DNA of 63,291 nt, the filler included, from Octopus bimaculoides (lineage: Eukaryota), in assembly GCF_001194135.2 (NCBI RefSeq). It is 5 parts of 5 records of this genome, joined end to end, with 100 filler letters (N's around TTAATTAATTAA, not from the genome) between each part and the next. Parts side by side here need not be neighbours in the genome. Positions count along the whole stretch, not along the records: positions 18,689 to 49,435 come from NC_068984.1; positions 49,536 to 54,556 come from NC_068986.1; 3 more parts are not named here. The stretch is one strand, 5' to 3'. Every line of letters starts with the position of its first letter. The stretch's first letter is position 1. This document shows, in pieces, positions 38,709-51,820 of this stretch. The notes under the pieces were generated by a model. The model did not search any database. It had not been told where the DNA came from and was given only the letters and a program-made list of their open reading frames with translations. A program made the position numbers and the translations under genes.

Positions 38709-40059
38709 ATGTTGGAGAAAGTACTCAAGAACTAAGCAGTATTTGTTTGTAGTTTCCAGAGAAAAGAGAAGATAATTTCAAGGAATTAAAAATTAATCCC
38801 ACAAAATTAATTTCCATGATTTGTGGAAAGTTTGATCTAATAAGCTGAAACATATCCAGTGGTTATTTGTCCACAAATAAAGCTTATATGCGCGCGCGCA
38901 CATAACTCTTGCATTTTCAATCATTAAACTAGAGTACTTCAGCAAAGATCGGTAAACACTTTTGCACTCTCTCTCTTTCTCTCTCTATCTTTATATGTCT
39001 CTCTTTCTCTTTCTCTTTCTCTTTCTTTCTCACACTTTCTTTCTCACACTTTCTTTCTCACACTTTCTTTCTCACACTCTCTCACACACACATGAGGTTA
39101 AAGATGTGTTTCTCACAAACTCGAGGAAGATGTTAACGTTGGCAGGATGTACAGACTCCGTTGGTTCATAACCGTTAGGAAATAGCTTCAAAATACCTGT
39201 ATTGTACCATACTCGTATAAATAAGCAAGTCATTGCATCGCTATTTGCACGCGATGCTGTCATTATTTGCACGCTATAGTGTCACGCTACGTTGTAACAA
39301 AATTGCAGGCACAGAACTTCAGACAGTAAACATAGGCTAAATGATTACCTTAAATGTCATGCTCCTTTGTAAATGTATCTTAAAAACCAACGTAGTCAAC
39401 GGCACAGTAGAACAGTTATATGATAAGAGCATGAGGATCAATTGGTTTAAACTGGTGTTTTAAATTTACCAATCAAATGTTAAAAATAGAACTCGTTTGA
39501 GCTAATTTTGAAGGCAGTCAAAGTATAAAAGCTTCAGAAATTTAGATACCAAAGAGGACTCCTGCCTTCGATAAACGAATCGCTACTAGTCTGTCCCCCA
39601 TTCAGCATGAAGACATGTCGTTAATTGTTATAAAAGCTAATAAGCTTCACATACTTTAACCATCACAATGTGCTTGTAGAGTAAAAAATTTAAATATATT
39701 TCTTCGTTTCTACTTGTTCTAATATAACATGAATTATGAAGTTGCACTGTAAGGTATTACCTCGTTTGATTTCTCAATGCTTTTCGCGTCCATTGAACTT
39801 TGAACTTTGAATGCTATTTTAAATACTTATCAATTATTGATATTAGATGTACGGAACGAAGTTCTGTTTTGTTAACGAAATTAATAGATCCGGAGAAATG
39901 AAAACGTAGCTTTTTCTTCATGTGTTTACAATTATTGTGACAACACATTTCTCTAGCCAACGTTTTTATTGAAGTTATTAATAATATCGCCCATGATTTT
40001 ACCAAAATACAAAAGAAACACTGAAACCCTTAACCGAAAATGTCGATGATGTCACATTT

Positions 40060-40880
40060 CTGAAGATATTACGCGTATCATCAGTATCTGCCCTAAAATG
40101 TCATTTTGGTACTACTTTCCAATGCACCATTTTGTTGAAGTTAAAACAACATACAAGGCTGTCCTGAAACAAATATATAGAAACACCTCTGTAGTTGAGT
40201 ATATACATTCCTTGTGTCTCAACACAAGGAATATTAGTGAAATATTCCCAATACATGTAGTGTACCCTTGGTGGTCAGCTACCATAGGGGTGACAATCAC
40301 TTCTAGATTAAGTTAAGTTGAGGTGGATATGGAAGTTTGAAATTTAAATCAACGAATAAAGAATTAGGTGTTCAGAATATACAGATTTATTATTTCTTTT
40401 TTTCTTTCCCCGCCTCTCCGCGTTATAAAGATCTTAAGATTACCAAATTCTATCAAATTCAAAGATATCTGATATTGTTCTTTTGGTAAGAAAACAGAAA
40501 TTATGTACACGAGGGAGTGCTGAAAAGTTCTTGGTTTTAAGGGTCTCGCGAAAGGCCTGGTTGGAGGTCCTATCGTCCGAGTTCTTTTGCAGGGCTGAGA
40601 AAAACGGAAGGACCGCTGCAATAAGTGTGTGAATCTGAGAGAGGAATATGTTGAATAAAATCATGATTAACTTATCCTTCTGTATTTTCCTTTACACAAA
40701 GCCAGAAACTTTTCAGTACTTCCTTGTAGTTATCGAGGACAGCTGCTTCACATATGTGAATGTTTGTTTGAAAGCCAAGGAGAAAGAAAATATTTATGGG
40801 CATTTAAAACTCTTGGCTTCTATACCTAGCTTATAAATTCACATTTACACTGATGCCTTTGGTTATGTTAGTAGATCTCT
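40060..40880 (+). mobile_element. Older copy related to the 29030 R4 element, interrupted by the mariner MITE
   Basis: EDITRIISICPKMSFWYYFPMHH..KTTYKAV lies before the MITE and IEDSC..NVCLKAKEKENIYGHLKLL after it, collinear with 29630-30000. Confidence 0.7.
40509..40728 (+). mobile_element. Non-autonomous mariner MITE, second copy
   Basis: acgagggagtgctgaaaagtt ... aacttttcagtacttccttgta, with the same internal sequence as the 22356 copy. Confidence 0.8.
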
Positions 40881-41442
40881 TAATGGCAATCCCAAAATGC
40901 TGACACGAACTTTGCAAACACAATTACTAAGAGAAATAATAAAAACAAGTAAAACTTTTTCTAAGTTCAACATGTAACTTCTGCTCGTTGTTGTTGCCAA
41001 CTTCAACCAATGATTTTCTTTTCCTTGTCAGAAACCAGCTCTTTCCTTATAGGAAGAATTCAAATATATAAAAAAAAAAAAAANNNNNNNNNNNNNNNNN
41101 NNNNNNNNNNNNNNNNNNNNNNNNNNNNNNNNNNNNNNNNNNNNNNNNNNNNNNNNNNNNNNNNNNNNNNNNNNNNNNNNNNNNNNNNNNNNNNNNNNNN
41201 NNNNNNNNNNNNNNNNNNNNNNNNNNNNNNNNNNNNNNNNNNNNNNNNNNNNNNNNNNNNNNNNNNNNNNNNNNNNNNNNNNNNNNNNNNNNNNNNNNNN
41301 NNNNNNNNNNNNNNNNNNNNNNNNNNNNNNNNNNNNNNNNNNNNNNNNNNNNNNNNNNNNNNNNNNNNNNNNNNNNNNNNNNNNNNNNNNNNNNNNNNNN
41401 NNNNNNNNNNNNNNNNNNNNNNNNNNNNNNNNNNNNNNNNNN

Positions 41443-41487
<45 letters not shown>

Positions 41488-42082
41488 ATACTTGTCGCTC
41501 CACCATCGCTTGACAACCGATGTTGGTGTGTTTACGTTTCCGTAATCTAGCGGTTCGGCAAAATCGATCGACAAAATAAGTACTAGATTTACAAAGAATA
41601 AGTCCTAGCGTCGATTTCCTCGACTAAAGGCGGTGCTCCAGCATGGGTGCAGTCAAATGACTGAAACAAACAAAAGAAAGTATATATATAGACATACGCA
41701 AGCGTGCATATGCACATACATACATACATACATACATACATACATACATACATAATGCATGCGTACATGCATTTATTTATTTTATTTTATTTTATTTTAT
41801 TTTATTCTAAGTCAGCCTCTGCGGTGACTTGACAGAATCTTTAGAGTAGCGGGCAAAAATACTTGCGGAATTTTATTACGCTTACATGTTCAAATTCCGC
41901 CGAGCAACTTCGCATTTCATCTTTATATACAGTACCGGTTAGATATTAGTTTGATTTAATATTCTTGTAAGACATCCTAGATACTACTGAAATTTTAATG
42001 AACGAAGATTTTTTATTTATTTTCGTTTACATATTCAAAGATAGATAGATAAATAGATAGATAGATAGATACACATATTCAA

Positions 42083-42158
<76 letters not shown>

Positions 42159-42264
42159 NNNNNNNNNNNNNNNNNNNNNNNNNNNNNNNNNNNNNNNNNN
42201 NNNNNNNNNNNNNNNNNNNNNNNNNNNNNNNNNNNNNNNNNNNNNNNNNNNNNNNNNNNNNNNN

Positions 42265-42329
<65 letters not shown>

Positions 42330-44063
42330 GAGAGGAAATTTGTCGGTTATACCTATTATTATCAATCGTAATAGGCATGTAGCGATTAATAGCGTTTAAT
42401 CAGTGTTATTACGAGTGATGCATTCTTAAACAGTATTTATTCGAAAATTTGCTAAGATCCCAAGAATTATTATTATATGATAGTAAAATCATTTCAGAAT
42501 TGGCGTCTTTCGGACGCGTCATTAATTTATATCCGAGAAAGGAATTAATTTTATTGGGAGATAATAAGAGGCTTTCGACGATTACGACATTTGATGTGAA
42601 TATTAATTTACGATTGCAGTGAGCGCTGCAGAATAAGATGTAGAATAATAGTCGGTACAGTCCACTACATGATTTCGATTTTCATTTGAATGTCATTTCA
42701 TTATATTTACGACATAGATGTTCTTGGGAAAAGCATGAAAGTTGCAATACTTCATTTTAATTTCATTAACCCTATAACGTCTGTTATTAACGATTCTTGA
42801 CATTTTAAATACTACTGTCTTATTGTAACAACCCCACCTGAAAGCTAAAGACTTTGACGAGTTCTTCCGATTCTTAACATTTGAACAACTTTATATGTAT
42901 GTGTCTGTGTGCATGGTTTTGCGTTCAGTCCCACTGTATATCGTTTTGGGCAAGCGGTCGACCAGTAAATAAGTTATAGAAATATAGAATTTGGTAGATG
43001 AAAAAAATTTAGTAGAAGCTCGTCGTATGTATGTATGTATGTATGCATGCATGCATGTATGTTGCATTTACCGCTCACAGCTTGGCAATCGGTAGAGGTT
43101 TGTTTATGTTCCCATAACGTACGTCACTTAGCGGTCCAATCAGAAAAACAGAAACCGAAAGAATAAGTACCAGATGAAAAGTCAATACTGGGATCGCTTT
43201 CATCGATTAAAAAAGAAAAAAAAAACAAGTTTCAAGGCGGTGCCCCTGTATGATCGCAGTTCAATGATTCAATGACTGAAACTAGCTATAGAATATATAT
43301 ATANNNNNNNNNNNNNNNNNNNNNNNNNNNNNNNNNNNNNNNNNNNNNNNNNNNNNNNNNNNNNNNNNNNNNNNNNNNNNNNNNNNNNNNNNNNNNNNNN
43401 NNNNNNNNNNNNNNNNNNNNNNNNNNNNNNNNNNNNNNNNNNNNNNNNNNNNNNNNNNNNNNNNNNNNNNNNNNNNNNNNNNNNNNNNNNNNNNNNNNNN
43501 NNNNNNNNNNNNNNNNNNNNNNNNNNNNNNNNNNNNNNNNNNNNNNNNNNNNNNNNNNNNNNNNNNNNNNNNNNNNNNNNNNNNNNNNNNNNNNNNNNNN
43601 NNNNNNNNNNNNNNNNNNNNNNNNNNNNNNNNNNNNNNNNNNNNNNNNNNNNNNNNNNNNNNNNNNNNNNNNNNNNNNNNNNNNNNNNNNNNNNNNNNNN
43701 NNNNNNNNNNNNNNNNNNNNNNNNNNNNNNNNNNNNNNNNNNNNNNNNNNNNNNNNNNNNNNNNNNNNNNNNNNNNNNNNNNNNNNNNNNNNNNNNNNNN
43801 NNNNNNNNNNNNNNNNNNNNNNNNNNNNNNNNNNNNNNNNNNNNNNNNNNNNNNNNNNNNNNNNNNNNNNNNNNNNNNNNNNNNNNNNNNNNNNNNNNNN
43901 NNNNNNNNNNNNNNNNNNNNNNNNNNNNNNNNNNNNNNNNNNNNNNNNNNNNNNNNNNNNNNNNNNNNNNNNNNNNNNNNNNNNNNNNNNNNNNNNNNNN
44001 NNNNNNNNNNNNNNNNNNNNNNNNNNNNNNNNNNNNNNNNNNNNNNNNNNNNNNNNNNNNNNN

Positions 44064-44101
<38 letters not shown>

Positions 44102-44764
44102 CTTATAATTTAGAACAAACAATAAGCTGTCATTATAGTATTCGGAGTTTCTGCCCTTTTACCTATCGTATAAAGGATTATTTGTTTTATTTTAATTGTT
44201 ATTGTTTAACCCATGCCATCTTTGATCAAGTAAACCCATGCTCGTAGGGTTCAAGGCGTGTCCATCTCGTATTTTTCCAGCCCTATTATATTTATAATCA
44301 TATTAACTAATGATTAACTAATCTCAGATGATAGCGTGTTGTTTGAAGGAGATTTATGTGATAGTTGCACTGGGTTGCTGATTTGGTATCCTGACATGTA
44401 TATAGAACTCTCAAAGGAAGTCTCGTGCAGCCTCGTGGAAATCACGTGAGGAGAACGCTACTAGGAACGGTATAGCGTGGTTCTCGAAAAGTGAACCGTG
44501 AAACTTGCAACATTTGTCCTATAAGAGTGAAGCACAATTTAGTTGCTAGTTCCAGAACGTCGAACAACCATGTTTGAAGCTTCCTCTTTCGTTCGTCTCC
44601 AATTCAATAGTTAAGTCATTTTTCGACATATGATGGGTAAGTTTGGAAGAATACTTTTGCCACCATGGGTAATTTGATAAAAGATAAATCATAATTGTTG
44701 TACGTACGTCATATTGCCTGATATTTCCACGCTAACAAAAATGTCTTAATATTATTGTAGCAAT

Positions 44765-45148
44765 TAAGGTAGCGAGCTGGTAGAATCGTTTTGTATGCCG
44801 GACAAAATGCCTAGCGAAAATTCCCCAAAGGTCGACTTTATCTTCCATCATTTCGGGGTTGATAAAATAAGTACCAGTCGAATACTGGGGTCGATGTAAT
44901 CGATTTACCCCCTCCCCGAAATTGCTTGCCTTGTGCTAAAATTTGAAACCAATATGGATGCTGGGCCAAATGCTTAGCGGTATTTCGTCCATCTTCATGT
45001 TTTGAGTTCAAAATTCCGCCGAGATTGACTTTGCCTTTCATCCTTTCGGAGTCGATAAAATAAGTCCCAATTGAACATTGAGGTCGATGTAATCGACTTA
45101 CCCCTTCCCCGAAATTGCTGGCCTTGTGCCAAAATTTGAAACCAGTAT
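44765..45148 (+). mobile_element. SINE family C, two tandem copies
   Basis: The head is ggtagcgagctggtagaatcg...gagttcaaattccgccgag, the central block is cctttcatcctttcggggtcgataaaataagtaccag, and the tail is ggccttgtgccaaaatttgaaacc. Other copies lie at about 2440-2630, 10805-10905, 27780-28230, 33160-33360, 37655-38090 and 61830-62000 (all minus) and 41810-41935 (+). Confidence 0.85.
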
Positions 45149-46202
45149 TATTGCAGCAATTATGGCGATATATTCATTTGAAACAATTTGCTGTAAGTGG
45201 ATTTTAAAAATAGGCACAATATAAGAAATGCTTGTCGATTAAGTATTTGACTAGTACTTATTATACTTATTTAATCAATGAAGTTTCGATTAAACTACCT
45301 TCGACCTAGGAACTCATTCATAGCTAAAAATTTTATGAACTGGTTTTTGACGGCGCCGATCATCACTGTATAGTCTCCCTGCACTGTTAGCGTTTGTTTC
45401 ATGTACTTGCATACTTGCATAGTAAATAGCCAAATTTATGAAAGATAAGAGTGATTGCTTCGTATACCACGTAGTAGATATAAAATTCGAAAAGATCAAT
45501 ATGCACAGGCAGTGATAGTTGCTGATACATTTATGTGTTGAACTAAATATGTTTAATTAGATTTTTAATGTTCACTTCATTAGATATATTAACATTGACT
45601 TAGCTTTTGTTTTTTCATGCGAATGGCATCTCTGAGCAATGAAACCCAGTGAGTTATAATTTTTTTTAACTAGTCAAGCATTAAACCGTTGCTTTAAAAA
45701 AAGTACCAATACAAATAGATTATTTCTATGTGTTCTTTAGATCGAGGTCAAATCTGACATCCAACAAACCTATCTAAAGAATTCCAGCAGTAATCATCCT
45801 ATGTTTTATTGGTGGAGGAAGGGATATTTAAGACTATGTTATCGAATATGTTACTCCAAGATTTTTACAAGGCTGCTATTTCTCACAGGAACAGCAACTA
45901 AGTATAGGTTCCCTCGTTGGTTCGATTATTTTCTATGCTCAGTTCACTAGTTCGACAACCAATCCGCAATATCCCGTCACTTGCATACAAAAAAGTTTGC
46001 GATATTTCTATAGCTTTTTACAATTGTTGCATCTAAAACTAAAACAGTGAACAGAATAAATGAGATTTTCCAGTCCGTATTGATTCTTTTCGGCAGGAAT
46101 TATATTATATTATGGTTCAAGTGGAACAAAAGAAATTTTACCATATTTTAATACATATTCAGTAGTGATTGTTAGCCACTCAGTCAAATACAATTTATCA
46201 AA

Positions 46203-46236
<34 letters not shown>

Positions 46237-46407
46237 CATATGTAGGAGTGTGCATGTGTATGTGTATCTGTGTGTGCGCGCGCGCGCGTATTATTCTACT
46301 GTTAATTATATTCTGATTCATATACTACTGATAAAATTATGACATGAAAACCTATCAAACTTTGAATTTAAATCAATTACACACACTCACACGTACACGT
46401 GTGTGTT

Positions 46408-46468
<61 letters not shown>

Positions 46469-46551
46469 AAATATACATGTGTATGTAAATACATGTGTGT
46501 GTAAATATGTATGTATCTATATGTATGTATGCATGTATGTATGTATGCATG

Positions 46552-46583
<32 letters not shown>

Positions 46584-46745
46584 GAGGATATGAGGTGTTT
46601 TCGTCAGGATGACTCAAACTAATAGGTATGCGTTCTGAGTGCTCAAATAGTTGTGTCACCAAACTCCCAGTGAGAACAGCGGTTGAAGTTGTGGTTGTGT
46701 GATTGTCTTGTTCAAAAACGGCTAGAGGTGGCATCCCTTTGAGTC

Positions 46746-47192
46746 TAAAGTAGTGAGGAAAGGCTAACAATTAGGCAATGTAGAACAAAGACATCTAATT
46801 ACATTTAATTCAATCTAAAATTTATCTATATAGCGAATGGTAAAAATAATACAAAATAGAAAAGATAGTCTCTGACATCTGTTTCTGGGGTTTCCCAGTT
46901 ATTGGAGCATCGTATCGAGTGATGACTCTGTAAGTTGGGTATACCGTCATCAGAGAAATATAGGTTAGACAGTGGAAAAATGTTCTTCATTAATGATATT
47001 TGTTGTGGTTCATTTTCTCCAGGAGGCTGCTCCAATAGCTGGAATATTCCAGAAACAGCTGCCAGAGACTATCGTTACTATTTTATACTATTTTTACCAT
47101 TCGTTATGGAACTAAATTTTAGATTGAATTAAATGAAATTAAATGTCCTTTGTTCTGGATTGTCCAATTGCTTGCCTTTCTTCACTACTTTA
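46746..47192. repeat. Imperfect inverted repeat, ~165-bp non-microsatellite arms and 118-bp spacer
   Basis: 46746-46909 aligns by eye along its whole length to the reverse complement of 47028-47192, at roughly 80% identity. Confidence 0.85.
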
Positions 47193-47227
47193 ACTTATGT
47201 ATGTATGTATGTATGTATGTATGTATG

Positions 47228-47258
<31 letters not shown>

Positions 47259-47337
47259 TTACATAGATTTATGTAAGTACTGAAGATAATAAGGTTCCAA
47301 AGCACACATACTGGTATAAGAGAGAGAGAGAGAGACA

Positions 47338-47369
<32 letters not shown>

Positions 47370-47380
47370 ATATATGTATG

Positions 47381-47414
<34 letters not shown>

Positions 47415-47420
47415 TGTATG

Positions 47421-47468
<48 letters not shown>

Positions 47469-47922
47469 AATTATGAATGTATGCATATACATAAAACCTA
47501 TGACAAATATGCCATGTAACCATGTACATGCTACACTTCTTGTCCATCCTCTCATTGGCTGAATTCATATACACAAAGCACCGACTACATGTGAAGTCAT
47601 TGACCTCTTTTATGGATTTAAATATCTTGCTTAAGTGAACAATGATTAAACCAATCTAAACTCATGAGTCTTCAGTCATCTATCAAGTCACAACAAGGAC
47701 CTCAGACAGATAATACTTTCCTTAAGATGTGCGCTGTTTGACTTTTGTTTTGCATTTGTACAAGTTGGATCCAAGTCTCACCCAGAGACCTCAAGAGACA
47801 ACAAGTTAGAAGTTCATGTAGGTGTTATGCCTAGGGTACCATATATTTGGATTTGTACAGTTTTGTTCAAGTGAATATTTAAGAAACCATAAGAAAATTA
47901 TGTGTTTGCTTTAAAATTTGAG

Positions 47923-47925
<3 letters not shown>

Positions 47926-47990
<65 letters not shown>

Positions 47991-49436
47991 GAAAACTCAC
48001 AGCTTATTTTGCTGGGTATGATGGAAAGTATCGGCTGTCCTCAGCCAGCAGACTAAGGTGACACTTGTTTACTGGTCATGCTTCAAGAACCCTGCGAAGA
48101 ATTCTTGCAGTTCCAAGCAATGCTGACTTTTGTAGGTGTTCTACCTTCACACTTGCACCAATCTTTTTGAACCATGTAGGTAAGTTGAGTGCTGATAATT
48201 CCAAGTGACCCAATTACTATTGTTATCACGTCTACTCTCCTCATTGACCACAACATTTGTATTTCCCACTTCAAATCGTCATAGTTGTTTATTTTTTTCT
48301 TCTTTCACATTGATCCTGTTGTCACCAGGGCATATCGATTATCAAGCATCTTCTTTGTTTATTCACTACAACAATGTCCGGTTTCCGATGTCTGGTCAGG
48401 TGATCGCACTGGATTATTGTACCCCACAGGATTTTGCAATTCTCATTCTTGGTGACTCCCTCTGGGGTTTACTCATACCACGTCTTTGCTCTTTGTAGGC
48501 CGTGATTTCCACAGAGCTCCCAGTGGCTCATTCTTGCCACATTGTCATGTCGTCTTTTATATTCGCGTTGTGCCAATTTCGGGCACTCGCTAACGATGTG
48601 CCATGCAGTTTCACCACTCTCACCTCACATTCTGCATTTGTCGCTGCCGGTAGTGTTGTCTATTCTGTACTTCACATAGTTGGTCCTTAACGCTTGTTCT
48701 TGAGCTGCGCATTTGAGTGCTTCTATCGCTATCTCCAGGTCACTCCTCCTCATCCATAGCCGCCGGTCATCTGTATCTGTCTTCGCGTTCACATCTCTTG
48801 CAAACTGATCGTACATTTATTTCCTTCCATACTTTTTCTTCTTTTGTGTTCATTTCTTGTTTAAATTTTTCTTTCATTGCACAATTTTCAGTTTTGATGA
48901 CGCTGGCCTTCTTCGTATGTTTTAATAATGACTCCACAGCATTTTTTATACATCACTCTGAGCTGTTTTCCTCTGCTTTAATACAGTCCTGCCAACTGAT
49001 CAAACCTCTCCCACCCTTTCTTCTGGACAAGGACAACCTATCGGTGTCACTCTTAGGGTGGAAGGCTCTGTGTACTGTCAACATTTTTCTGGTCTTGGTG
49101 TGCATTTTAATCACTTGTCTCTTTTGCCATTTTACAATTCCCGCTCCATACCGAAGTGATGCTATCGCCCATGTATTAATTGCTTGGATTTTATTCGATC
49201 CAGTCAATTTTGAGTGCAAAATACTCAATCCTCAGTTGCTCATTCATTTCCTTTTTCTTTATCTGGTTGAACTCTAGTACACCAAGGTACTTGTAGTCTT
49301 CCGTTTCAATTTGTTTAATCAAGTCTCTATTCGGTAATTCTATCTCTTCTAGGGACTTGCCTCTTTTTAGGTAGATTATTCCACACTTCTTGAGTCCAAA
49401 TTACATTCTAACATCAGTACTAAAACAGTGGATCGN
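47926..49436 (-). mobile_element. Second, divergent R4/Dong-type LINE with (TAA)n tail
   Basis: It shows NKIQAINTWA..LRYGAG, KTRKMLT.H.AFHPKSDTDRL..SRRKGGRGL, CAAQEQALRTN, CRM...HIVSECPKLA, RHDNVA, HRKPDIVV, LQKSALLGTARILRRVLEA* and ends in (TAA)n at 47926-47988. Confidence 0.9.
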
Positions 49437-51469
49437 NNNNNNNNNNNNNNNNNNNNNNNNNNNNNNNNNNNNNNNNNNNTTAATTAATTAANNNNNNNNN
49501 NNNNNNNNNNNNNNNNNNNNNNNNNNNNNNNNNNNATATATATATATATATATATATATGTTTGTGTGTCTGTGTTTGTCCCCCACCATCGCTTGACAAC
49601 CGATGCTGGAGTGTTTACGTCCCCGTAATCTAGCGGTTCGGTAAAAGAGTCTGATAGAATAAGTACTAGGCTTACAAAGAATAAGTCTTGGAATCGATTT
49701 GCTCGATTAAAGGTGGTGTGCTCCAGCATGACCACACTCAAATTATTGAACAATTAAAAACGGTAAAAAAAAAAAAGCCAGTATATATATATGTGCATAG
49801 ACTGTATTTATTCATGTGAAAGTCGCATTATTTCAATATTACACTCGATAATAACTGAAAAGTCTGAAGTGTGTATATATATATGTATAAATGTATGTGT
49901 GTAGGTATGTATATACCTACAAATATACGTATTTGTAGGTATATAATTGTATATCTCTATGTATTTGTATACGTATATACACATGTATCCTCATTTGTGT
50001 GAGTGTAGGTATATATATCATATATCATATATATATATAAATATATATATATAAATATATATATATAAATATATANNNNNNNNNNATAGACACACACACG
50101 TCAAAAAATAATTTCATATCTTTTCAACTTTACGTTAGGTTGCTAATTAGTATTATACAAGTTACAGTCATAAATCCGTACCTTTTGTCTTGATAGATAT
50201 TACCAGTTATAATCAGAATTTCCGAAGTTTTAGTTTTCGGCTATTATAATACAAATTGAAAGTAATGCTAATCAATGCTTTCGATACAATTCATAAATAC
50301 GGACTTATTTCCTTTCTGAAAACGAAATTTGCTCCTGAATCACATGGTTATGTGTTCGATCTCCCTGCGTGACACTGTGAGCAAGTGTCTTCTATTATAG
50401 CCCTATGCCGACCAATACCTTGTGATTGGGTCTTTGGACGGATACAGTGTGGAAGTCCGTCGTGTGTGTTTATCGTTTTCACTCCTACACAACCGGTGCT
50501 GGTCTGTTTACGTTTCTACGACTTAGTTTTTCGGCAGAAGACACTGGCAGAATAAGTACCAGTTTAAAAAAAAAACATAAGGAGTGGGTCGGGTGGCGGG
50601 GAGGCGATTTATTAGATTGAAACCCAAGACGTACTCCAGCATGATCGCTGTCTGATGACTGAAACAGGTAAAAAAAAATAATGATAGAAATGTAACTTAG
50701 TTGTTATTCAATATCTTCGATCTGCTATGAAAGAAATTTCATTAAAAATTCGTTTTATAAAGAAAATTCTGATGAAAAAGACTCCACGGCCTTTGGGGCG
50801 TTAAAATGTAGTTATGCCATTCGAATATAACATAACGTTAGATGGGGTATGTCATGGCAGGATTGTCTCCGATCAACTAGATTTTGTTTTGATCGAGAGA
50901 TTAAGCACCCATGCAGCGGCGGCGCGGATTGGCTGAACACGAACAACGACGAATTAAAATGAACGTTTTATGACTGTTGTTCTTTCTTGTTAATCGTTTT
51001 AATTCCGCTTTGTGTGTGTGTTTGTGTTTGTGTTGGGAGAAGCGGTGAGGACGATTGTGTAAAAAGTTCTTTATCAACGTTTTATAATCTTGCGATTGGT
51101 TTATTTTCGTGTGACCGTACATGTAGAAAAATAAATCTTTTAAGAAGACGATAATAGTATTATTATTATTTGGTAAGTAACGTTTTCTTTTTAGATTATT
51201 TGTCTTATTTTGATTTGCTTTTCTTTTCGCCAAATATACGTATGTATGTATATTTATGTATGTATATTTGTGTTTGTGTGTGTGTATGTATATATTTACT
51301 CTCAGACATTTTGCTGAAAACAAAATATAAACAAATTAAGAAAACAAACATAACATGGCGAGAAAGTAATGTCTCACTTAACGTTTATATTTTAATGTTA
51401 CTTTTGATATACATATATATATATATATATACATATATATATACATATATATACATATATATACATTTA

Positions 51470-51820
51470 TAGGCGCAGGAGTGGCTGTGTGGTAAGTAGC
51501 TTGCTTACCAACCACATGGTTCCGAGTTCAGTCCCACTGCGTGGCATCTTGGGCAAGTGTCTTCTACTATAGCCTCGGGCCGACGGAAACTGAAAGAAGC
51601 CCGTCGTATATATATGTGTATGTATATATATGTGCATGTGTGTTTGTGTTTGTCCCCCTAGCATTGCTTGACAACCGATGTTGGTGTGTTTATGTCCCCG
51701 TTCGGCAAAAAGAGACCAATAGAATAAGTACTAGGCTTCCAAAGAATAAGTCCTGGGGTCGATTTGCTCGACTAAAGGCGGTGCTCCAGCATGGCCGCAC
51801 TCAAAAGAGTAAAAGAGTAT
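51470..51820 (+). mobile_element. SINE family A (tRNA-like head, internal microsatellite), near full-length copy
   Basis: The head is ggcgcaggagtggctgtgtggtaag...gagttcagtcccactg, followed by a ccttgggcaagtgtctt block, an internal (TA/TG)n and a tail gtgctccagcatggccgc. Further copies lie at about 1-178, 293-400(-), 7619-8000, 8095-9050, 11465-11560, 30415-30745(-), 41465-41680, 42915-43285, 49560-49760, 50340-50670 and 54390-54540. Confidence 0.85.

Noticed and set aside
39761-39815. Possible propeptide exon FKVQSSMDAKSIEKSNE|gtaata on the minus strand
   Set aside because: Weak pyrimidine tract; one of many chance phase-0 donors.
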